DNA of 63,925 nucleotides, filler included, from Perkinsus chesapeaki ATCC PRA-425 (lineage: Eukaryota; Protista; Perkinsozoa), in NCBI GenBank assembly GCA_013115145.1. It is 11 parts of 11 records of this genome, joined end to end, with 100 filler letters (N's around TTAATTAATTAA, not from the genome) between each part and the next. Parts side by side here need not be neighbours in the genome. Positions count along the whole stretch, not along the records: positions 30,849 to 46,787 come from JAAPAO010000716.1; positions 46,888 to 53,347 come from JAAPAO010001083.1; 9 more parts are not named here. One strand, 5' to 3'. Below, piece by piece: positions 36,895 through 47,016 of the stretch (the first letter of the stretch is position 1; the number at the start of each line of letters is the position of its first letter). Under the pieces are notes generated by a model that made no database searches, was not told where the DNA came from, and saw only the letters and a list, made by a program, of their open reading frames with translations. The position numbers and the translations under genes were made by a program.

Positions 36895-36975
36895 AGAGAA
36901 CGCGACCCGCCATACGCTAGAGAGATACAGGTCAACCAAAAGTACGCTGAGACCTTGAGCCAGGATGGCTACGGA
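36895..36975 (-). ncRNA. Spliced-leader (SL) RNA gene; 22-nt exon at 36975-36954, 3' end approximate
   Basis: TCCGTAGCCATCCTGGCTCAAG followed directly by a GT donor, then GTCTCAGCGTACTTTTGGTTGACC with an Sm-site-like ACTTTTGG. Closely matches the Perkinsus/dinoflagellate SL as I recall it (DCCGTAGCCATYTTGGCTCAAG). Confidence 0.88.
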
Positions 36976-39417
36976 ACAAGGGCAACAGTCAGCAATTACC
37001 ACCAGGGTTTTAACGTCCAGGGTGACTGAAGTTTCCATTCTTTCCTTCCTTTCTCTCCGCAGGAAAGAAGGAAAAATAAAAATCTATTTTTCTTTCCAAA
37101 TGGTAGCAGCGCGCGCCACGAAGGGGTGCGTTAAAAGATATAAGGAGTACCCTGGATTAGCTAAAGGAATCGATGTCAAACACATTTTCCGAGACATTCG
37201 TCAACCCTGCTTTTCAGCGAGTTGTTTAACGGTCATTGTTCTACGGATTTCATTGGTTACGGAGAGGATTTTCCTGGGCGGTTTTCGACTATTTGCATTG
37301 GTCACAAAATACCGCTCTTCAAGTTGAAGTCTTCAACTACTGGCACAAGAGCGAGTCACAGTGTGTCACGTGTGAGTCACTGCCTATGACATCTCTGACT
37401 ACTCTTGCGCGTGCCTCCCAGGCTTCCTAGATCTCAACCGTTAATCTATTCGCTTAGATCTTGGATCTTCCGTTCTGATCTACGGCTTAACGTTGTTCTA
37501 TTCGCCCCCTCTTTTACGGTTTAACGAAATTAGCTAAGCCAAGTGATAACGTCAAGTTGGCATATGCGCTTTTTGTTACGCCGCTAGCTCGCCGCTGCCT
37601 CGCCACTGGCGACTCTCCAGACCCAATTTATCTGTTACTAGCGGACCGATAGTATCGGTGGATGTCACCCGTTCTACTCGTGTCGACCCTCTAGCTGAGC
37701 TATGGCCCATAGCCTATGGTTTTGGATAGCACGTATGCCTCAGATAGTGTCGTCTTCTGCGCCGCGGTTCACATCCAAAACCGACATAGTCCTAGTAGAA
37801 GTATGGTTGAAGCGTCGACGTGTTTTCCCCTGAACAGAACTCCTGGGTTTCAGTTCAATTAATCCGGCCAAAGCTACTTCCATGGCGAAAGTTTTATCAC
37901 TCTTATGGCCATTCTTCGGGGTTTCACGACGCCGGCACTGCCGGCGTCACCGACGTCAGAATGTAAGTTCTTACTCGTAAGTACGTGTGTCTGCACACGG
38001 TGCGACTAGTCCGCCACAGGGGTGTTCGCTCGCCCCGCGCAGCGGTTTCTGTTGCTCACTCATCGCAAAGGAGTGATAACGCATCCCTAGAACGATCGCT
38101 ACTCCCCTCCTTTTTTTAACCGGGTCTCTATAGGCCTCATCGCCCGTCTCATCTCATATCCCTATAATCTCCTCTCGGGAGTTCACATGTCCGACTGTGT
38201 ATATCTATCTCCGCACTCCGGCGTGCGGGCTGAAGGTTTCCCATGTGATCTGTAGTATCTGTCTTGTGTCACCCCAATGGATACCGGGCTAGTCTATGGA
38301 ATGAGTCGATCAGCTGGCGCGCATGGTGCGCGATCGGCTGACCACTCCTACGCACTCTTCGCTATTAGCGAATCGCTAATGACGGGAGTCGCGCCGCTGG
38401 CGCGACATCGCATATGATGCGATCTTCAATGTGTGATTATGTGCTCATGTGTGATTCGTCGAGCGTGTCCTCTTCACTCTGACCTTCATCGTTGTTCATT
38501 ACAGTGTTAAGTAAGCTTTCGCTATGTTCAGGGCGGTGAACGCGTCAAGCCTAATGGATTTCTACTTCCCCCATGCCCTCAGACTGTTCATACCATTCTG
38601 GCTGCAGGTATGTAATGTGGCAGGTGTGGTATACGGTGGGGTGTGGGAGAATGGTGACGGTCAGAAGCTCACAATCCTATCCCCTGATGACGAGCTCACC
38701 CGCATGTTTATTTCCAACGGGCCATGCGCATCAGTTGACTTCTTCATAGAAGACCTCGGGCATGATGTGCTTTTCCAGTGGAAAATGGAAAAGTGGAACA
38801 TTTCAAAAAGTGCCACAAAAAGTGGAAAATTTCCACTTTTTGTGGCCAAGCGACGAGGACAAAGAACGTTTCGCTGAAGCATTGAATCAGAGGGATATCA
38901 TTCCTGGTGGAGTAGCTCCGGATGGTTTAGGTTATTGTATTTTCACATCGAGTGGAGATGATAGTGTATTGGACGTCGGTAACGATGACACCTGGGTCGG
39001 TGACGCATTAGACCATGACGAGGCCGCTGCGTTGTATGAAGTCATGGTATGTGAAGAGTGAGGCGCTACTCAAGCCAGTTTCTGTCGAGGCCAATCATCA
39101 TTACATCTTATTCAATCACATCTCAAGGTGTTGATCAACTATTCATCTGACCTATCGCGTAGACTCGTTTCACCCTCTATTATGTTCAGTTTATACTATA
39201 AAATTTATAATAAGAACGAGTTGATCGGTTGCCTGTCAATTCTTCGTTGACAGAATACCTAGGAATGGGGTCGTGAACAACTACAAGCAACCATTCCTCG
39301 TGAGCAGTGCAACGAAACGCGACGCCTGTTTGGGAGTTACCATGTAATAAAGGATAGTTCAGCCTGTTGGGAATCAACCTCAAGGTAGAGACAAAAAAGA
39401 AATGGCTTAACAAATGA

Positions 39418-41828
39418 TCAATCCGTGTATCTGCTATTCTTCAGTGCACCGTTCAGAGTGGGAAGGGTCAACAGCGACAAAGTTGGTGAACCAACAAGAA
39501 CTTCTTGCTCTGCAATGGAGCCTAGCTCAGTCACCCGGGCAATGTTCCGGTCGCCGGTATTGAAATTACGCAACCACCTGAGATTCTCAAATAACCGCCG
39601 CCTACAATGGGGAAGCCTCTGCCTACCTCGGATACGCTGCACTCGCTACTTGAAGTCTGATGCTCTCTCCTTTGCGGATCAATGCACAAGTCGGCCCCAC
39701 GTCGACTTCAAGCGTATGAGCATACTGGGCCTGATGCACCAAGGGACGTTGACTAGTAATCGCAGAGAGGCAGACTTACATCCCAGATACGCTCTAGGCC
39801 ATCACAGAGGTTGTACGAGTGCCCATAACCATCAACTCTGCAAAGTCGACAGAGTATGTCAACACTCTTCGCACTGGACTTGATCGACACAACACAGCTA
39901 ACATTCCCAACAATGAGAGTGTCCCTATCAAAGGGAGGGCTGGAGAACACCTACGGCAATAAACTCTTCATTTGGCTATAATAATATTATCGACTGAGTC
40001 TCACCACTAAGTCTCCCTTAGCCCGCCTTTCGTTCTCGAAGTCATTCTGCAGTCTTTCCCCGCAGTTGCGGGCATTGAAGGTGGTTCCTCCAACAGCCGG
40101 CGTAGGTGATCTGGGATCGTAGTGGTACCTGTATCCGAGCCTATCGACCTTATCCAAGCCATGGAGTTGATTGCCTACTTCACAACGCCTTCCTTCACAT
40201 CACACCCCTCATCTACTAGCGTGCCGTCACCAGTAAGAACGAACTTCATATCAGCTGTTCCTCGAGGCGGCCAGTCAGATAAATGCAAGTACGAGACAAT
40301 GTTGTCACGGCTTTGTAGCTGAAGGATAACAGAATCTCTGAGACATCCACCAGACTGCGCTCATCGGCCTCCTACAATCTGTAGAGTCACTGGATAGGCC
40401 TCATCCGGCTCGTAGGGTATTCTGCCCTTGGCCTCGAAGTAGTGGTCATAGAAGCTAGTAACTGTTCTGGTGTACAGCGGCACATATTTGAAAAGTTGCC
40501 AATGACCGAAGTTCCCCACAGTGAGTCGGACATCGCCTGGCAAGAAAGCATGATCACGTGATCTTATCAGCTGATTTCTCGACGCACCGCGTCCCGAGGC
40601 CCTCGCCTTGATGTAGTCCTGCAGCATTTGACGGAAGAAGAAGTCATACCAGCCTCCAACAAAATGAATGCCTCCTAGTGGTGTGTCCGTACCTCCGTAA
40701 AGAGCAAGATACTCCCAGAGACGTTCAATTTACCCTACTGAGATCACAAAGGACATTACGATGCTTCCAGAACTCGCCGTTAACGTCCGTGTCTCGGATT
40801 GCCTTCTGATAAACCTCCAACGGCTGCCCATTCAGTAACACCCTATCGACCTTGTCTATCGGTAAAGTGTCGTACGCTCGTTTAAATGGTGGTGCTTCGT
40901 CCATGGAGAAGAATCTGACGGCAGATTGCCGGCAAACGGTGGCAAGTCTCAGCGCTTACTGGAATAGGACCCAACCTCTCTCCAAGCGCCTCCTTAAGGG
41001 CATAGGTTTACCCGGCAAGGGTTTTGTATCGCCTTTGCCGATGACTAGCCAAAGCCAACGGCACACAAGTTCGAAGGACCATTGGTGGCCATCTTGACCG
41101 AATATAACAGGATAAAGCTCACACGCAGACAGACCGGGAATAATGCACTTTACGTGCTCCCTACCCAATGGGTTTGATAGTGAACTGTAAGCACACATTC
41201 CATTATAGCTGATGCCATGTACACCGATACCTTCACCATCATAATACTCACAATCATGAACAAGCCAGTCTATGGCAGCCGCGGCATCCTCTCGCTCATT
41301 CTCTAGTGGGAAGAATTCACCAGTTGATCCGAAACGGCCACGACTATCTTGAATAAGTACACCGTAACCTCGCTCGGCGTATATACGACCATCGTTAATA
41401 AGCGTCTCTTTTCCGTAGGGCGTACGAATGAGTACGAAAGGGAACTTATCGCCTTCGCCTGGAAGCACAAGAATGCCGTCAAGGTAGAAGTCTGTGTTCT
41501 TAATGGGCACCTTAACATTAGAAAACCTCACAGATGAGTAAGAAGGTGGGCGAATGTCATACAACATAACCACAAGGCGCCGCTGTGCCCTACGCATCCA
41601 CGACCGTGGAGTGCCTCTGGGCATGAGGCAGATAATAAGACCCATGAAGTAGAACACGAATACCAAAACAAGTTTACAGATCGTGGTAGGCCAGGACATC
41701 GCCTTTGTGGTAGTTACGTATCCTGCCTTGTTGCTTCCGGTATTGCTCTGCTCTTTACCGTTGTTATTCACAGAAATGTTCGGGTTACCTCTCACAGGCG
41801 TTACAGGTGACAGCTGGGAGGAAACCAT
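39418..41828 (-). CDS. CocE/NonD-family (peptidase S15-like) alpha/beta hydrolase with PepX_C-type C-terminal domain
   Basis: LIRTPYGK, GYGVLIQDSRGRFGSTGEF, GVHGISYNG (GxSYxG nucleophile motif), YHYDPRSPTPAVGG, SIRLQVASAAYPRWLRN. Confidence 0.88.
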
Positions 41829-41994
41829 TCTCGATTCAAAAACTCAAAGCTCGACTGACGGGAGCCTCCTCCTCCTCTCGATCCCTTCACCGTTGTCGGA
41901 TTCACTTGAACCTTACACAACTACTGGAACAAAACACGCCACTGGCTGCTCCGAAACATCGCGATAATAATAATTAAACGGAAACAACATGTAA

Positions 41995-44460
41995 CTAGTG
42001 CTCATCTGCAGCGTCGTCTTTAGGGCCCTCTAAAGCCTGCTTAACCATGGCCTTCAGATAGCCCATCTGCTCCTCTTCCTTTCTACTATGACGTCTCCAG
42101 TCCCTGCCTAGCATGCTCATAACCAGTTACTGCAATTCTTACCAGTAGTTGATGGTAAGGGTCTTGTAGTTCGTATTGGTCAACTGCTCAATGTGGCGAT
42201 GTCTCATTTTCCTGAATACACAAATTCATCCTTCAGCGACTCCGTTTATGTTATATCATATCCCCATCTATATTATAACTAATTAATACCGATAGCTAAT
42301 ATTAATATATTTACAAAGTAAACGATGTAATGATAATTATATATGTAAGACTAATGAGCCTGATGTGATACAGTGGTGAGCATCTACCTGGACGTCGGCC
42401 TGTTGGGCGTGTCAATGTCGATTACCAAGCCAGTGGCTGCATCAAAGAAGTCTACATGATAGGGACCTGGAAGGTGCGATAGAATGACTAAGCAAACACT
42501 ATAGCTCCTCACCAATGGGGACATTCCTCTCCACAGACAATCTTGATCGAACACCATGAGTCCCTTTCACATTATCTAAAAGCGTGAGGACTTCCGTATG
42601 CAGCCGAGAAGAGTCGGTCCTGACATGAACGTGCTTGGGAATGCAATGCCGAATCCGCAGCCATCGGCCCCACTTGTCCTGGTCCATCTTATCGTTCTCC
42701 TCCATTGACGTTAGCCAGGCGGTAGGAACAGGATTCTTCTTGGCGATGCCGGGGTATTCACTAGTAAGGGAATTCTGAACCTGCCAGTACAGTGGAGCTT
42801 TTGAAGTGTCGACAGCAAACATAGATAAGCCAGACGCTCTGACGCCACAGTTGAGTACTCGCTCCATATCAACCGATCAATGGCCAGCGATCCTCCCGTC
42901 AGACTTGGCCATGCCTCCGGCGTACCTCATGCATTTTAAGAAGGAGTGCCCGGCTCTTTGGTGCCGGCATTTCATATATCCTCTTTACAACCTCCCCCAA
43001 GGCACCTGAATCAGTGGGCTTGAAAGGAAGGGGACGAATGATTTGTATTACTTGTGTCATCAGTGAGCGAGAAACATAGCGACCATGCCACGTCCACTAG
43101 AGAGGAAAGCGTTACATAGGAGCCTTCCAACGCCTGATGAAGCCGCTGGCTACACCCAGCCGGCGAATACAAGAAGTACCTTGACGTATTGTGTGACAAA
43201 CTTCTGCATTGTAGTGTCAGATCCACTGTAGTCGGACAAAGCAAGGGCGAATATGATCTCGCTAATCTGAACAGTAAGCTGTGATGTTACCGTTGAGATA
43301 ACTCTGATAGTACCTGTGTTGTGGGCAGGGAGTGTTTACTTTTACTGATAGCATCAACAATGTCATCCGCCGCCGCAGTGGTTAGAAACCTATACAAACT
43401 TGAATGCACCCCCAATATTCCACCCACCTGAGCTTGGCAAGACTGGACATAAGTTGCACCAGCTGGGATGCGGTGAACTGCGGTAGGTTGTCGAAGGCTA
43501 AGCCGGTGAGCCGACGGAGCAAGAAACCCCTTGCCAGCGAGAGCTTCGACATTACGTTCAGCGCCAATATCACGTCGCGCCCTGTAAACCTATATCAGAC
43601 TGCGGTATAGCACAGATTAAGGTGAAAAGTGGTATAACCTATCAACTTCATCGGTCATTCTCTCCACTACATTATCGACAAGCTCACGGTTAAAAACATT
43701 CCAACGGCGATAGGCCTCCAGAATATTACACATCTGGCCGGGATCGAAATCCTGTACGGACATCACTGAAGCGGAGTCGACCATCCGAACAGTACTTGTA
43801 GACTTTTCATGGTTTCCATTCGAACAAACTCCACCAGCTTCGGAGTCTGTACGCCACGGACAGCGAGGCCGAGAGCTAGGGATGCCAGAGAGGATGGGCT
43901 GCCAGGAAATAATAGAAAACTATGAGGTGGTTTACCTGAATGCATTCGCCCTCTTCACTGCTACTTCACATATCGTCTGGGCGCATTCGAGCATTTCCGG
44001 GCTCGTACGGCTCGGGAAGAGCCCAAGTGCGTTGGCCATACGGGCAATGGATCTAGCGTCCAGGCTCTATACAAGAGCGGGATACGAGAGCTGGGAATGG
44101 AGGTGGGACCAACCTCAAGCTTGGTGGTGATGGAAGTAAGCATCCTGTGGAAGCGTTCATCGTTGATGACACTCTGCACAAGGCTCTGATTTGTAGAGCG
44201 CCCTAATGCTCGCAATGTTGATTCCAGCGAGCGAGCGTCCATATCCGCATGGCTGGCGTAATAGGCCAACAGCTCACCAGGATCCTAACCAATACGACAT
44301 GGACCATGGGCGCCCTTCTGAGAACTACCTTTATGTTCTGTATAGCGTTCATCCGTTCAGTAGCATCAGTGACCAGAGTTCTAGTAGCACTTAGTCTTGC
44401 TACACTCGGCAAACCTCTGGATAGAGCCCCGATGCCTAGATGTCCACGTAATGTCAACAT
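41995..44460 (-). CDS. RAP-domain protein with helical repeats and a presequence-like N-terminus, multi-exon
   Basis: MLTLRGHLGIGALSRGLPSVARLS..., repeats such as QFTASQLVQLMSSLAKLR and DFDPGQMCNILEAYRRW, C-terminal GPYHVDFFD...LVIDIDTP...KMRHRHIEQL...TINYW. Confidence 0.7.
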
Positions 44461-45123
44461 AATGGGGGAACTGTGATGAACTGTGTACACAAGTGAAGTG
44501 GCGATGTTGAAGCACTTCAAAGTTTCCCACGATCCAACGAGGACATATCCATAGGAGCGCGATCAGTGAAAAACTCGGGAATCTTTCCTTAACATGACCC
44601 AACTAACAACGGTTACCAACAACACCAAGTATCAGCGCAATTTCAACTTGACATTTCGCGGCGCGTGACGATTTTCGCCGCCACCCACCGTCCGCGCCGC
44701 AACGTTGTTGTGGTTGATAGTGCGGGTCCTCAGCTTCCATAATAAAAGTAAGACGCATTATTCTGGGGGCTCTGTCATTCCTTTATAGCTCATACAAAAT
44801 ATATTAAGCGAAAATCGACGACGATAGAGGGAAAAATCAGGGGTCGTTTCTTCATACTTGTTCTGAACGTCCGGACATGATGCTGTTACCCGCTTATCGC
44901 CCATTTATGAGATATCCCCGCACAGCCCTCACGTACACACATGAAGAATAACACAACACTGTTTACAAAGGTTAAACTGGGCTGTGATCCATTCAAGTGA
45001 TAATCACTGCGCAGGAAAAGAGGAGCTATTCCAGGCTAGAAGCCTGACGTGTCTTACGAAATAGCTGAGGCCAAAGTTAGGCGTTTGGGCCGTTGTGAAG
45101 AGGTTGGGATCAAACTTTGGTTA

Positions 45124-46787
45124 TCAAAGGTCTCTCGGGTTCAGTACGGCAGGGGTTGGTCCAAGAACTCCACTTATGAAGTCGTTTATCATCAACTGAG
45201 CTGCTCCTGGTTGATCAGTAGGTACTAAGTGGCCTGCACGGTATACCTGAGCAAGTCGCCTAAACTTGGCATGGCAAGCCAAGCAAGTGAACCACGGCAT
45301 ACAGCAACCTGCTCGTCACCTGGAAAAAGCCAAACATGCCCTTGTCTTTCCATCTGATACTTCGAAGTAGACCAACAGATATTCCATTATTATCCTGAGA
45401 GAAAAAATCAGAATCGATAAAGCCGCAGAGACTCCTTAGCGAGAAGCTCTGATGTTCTATAAGCCAAGGCGTTGAGGAACATCACCTCATATTCATAACG
45501 CGCAGCTCTCTGGAATGCATCCCGGCCAGCCCATTCCATCTGCTCGGCTACTTTTTCGTATCCAATCCAATTGCAGATATAGTCTTGGTCCCCAGCGTAA
45601 AGAAGAACCTAAACTTTTCAATGTCGAACAGATTATTCCAATTGGCGTATGCCTCAGTCTATCGCGCAAGTCTGTTAACAAGTGAGGGGAAGATGCAGAG
45701 CTGAGGCCTAAGCACTACCAGCGCTCTCCCCAATGTCTTTAATCGGCTGTGCTTGGACCTTGGTGAACGTGTATGCTCCACACTACTTGCTTGTGTGCGC
45801 ATACACTTGGTATATCAATCATGCATGGCATGCGTCACATGCAATGTCCTGCTTTGAATTGAAGGGTTGTTTCGTTCTGAAGGTGCCACAAAGCACCGCT
45901 GATCTATTGCGCAAGAAAAGGTTACATAACAGGAAAAATAGCCCACCCTCTCGGGGGGACATGCAGAGCTGAAGCGTAAGGCATTGCTTTGCATAACCCA
46001 CTTTGATTTCAGCATCAATGAGGTCTGGTAGAAGGACATCGAAGGCAGTTATGTTGTCGCGCGAGAAGTCTCCAACCTAGAGGACGAGGTCAAGCATCAG
46101 CTTAGAGGAATAATAACTGCCCACCTCCTCAGAGCATTTTACGAAACGTTTCCTGACTCCTAATTTCCTCCGCACGCTTTTCTTATTGAGATACGTTTGC
46201 AACTGAGAGACAACATCCAAGTCCATCAGCTGAACCATTGCAAACTTTTTTAGAGATTGTTGGCTAATTTGGAATCCTTACATTTCCCTCACCGAGTCCT
46301 GAGCAATCATCACTTCTGCATGTGATTCTCATATCGTATCTGATAGCATAATCAGACAAGTCGAAGCAATAGGCGCTTACACATCAATCCCGCGCATCCT
46401 GAGTGGTGGGAAAGATTGCACCCAACAACCTTCCGCTTCGGGACATTTGGCACCTTTCGAGGAGAAAGACTTGGCATCCTATTGGAGAAAGCCTATCACG
46501 TTCCAGGCTCACCATTCGACTCAAGACAACTTGATATCATCCTCGAGCAGTTGACCATTTGTCTGCTCATGAACAAGTACCTCGGAAAGGGTGATAATCA
46601 ATCCCTTACACCTTCAATTTTCTTACTCTTTGCGTGTAATCGCATGCGGAGCTGTGCCACTCTGGAATGCCATCTCTGGATAATGCAAAACTCTGAGTAA
46701 GGTGTTCGTGAGCACCACTCTGATGGGACTTACTGAACAGCAGCCTTCATCCACCCATTTCCAATAGCAATGCCACGAAGAGGGATG
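45124..46787 (-). CDS. Serine carboxypeptidase (family S10), 5'-truncated
   Basis: IPLRGIAIGNGWM, VLLYAGDQDYICNWIG, QVYRAGHLVPTDQP. Stop TGA 45124-45126. Confidence 0.9.
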
Positions 46788-47016
46788 NNNNNNNNNNNNN
46801 NNNNNNNNNNNNNNNNNNNNNNNNNNNNNNNTTAATTAATTAANNNNNNNNNNNNNNNNNNNNNNNNNNNNNNNNNNNNNNNNNNNNAGGGCTCTTTATA
46901 TTAGGTCATTCGTCAAACATTTTCCTCACTGATTCGTTTTATCTGTTGAGTTTATCAGTCTCCTCATGATACACCGATACAACTTTCCTATCACAAGTTC
47001 GACAAAGCATCATGCG

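Noticed and set aside
38247-38266. TGTAGTATCTGT, matching the U2 snRNA branch-point recognition region
   Set aside because: Only ~12 nt match; no U2 5' stem or Sm site in the flanks.
43735-43760. T-loop-like GATTTCGATCCCGG
   Set aside because: It encodes QDFDPGQ in the RAP gene exon.
45717-45747. Possible tRNA-Phe 5'-half trace (GCCGA...TTGGGGAGAGCG) in a carboxypeptidase intron
   Set aside because: The D stem cannot form and the similarity is too patchy to call by eye.
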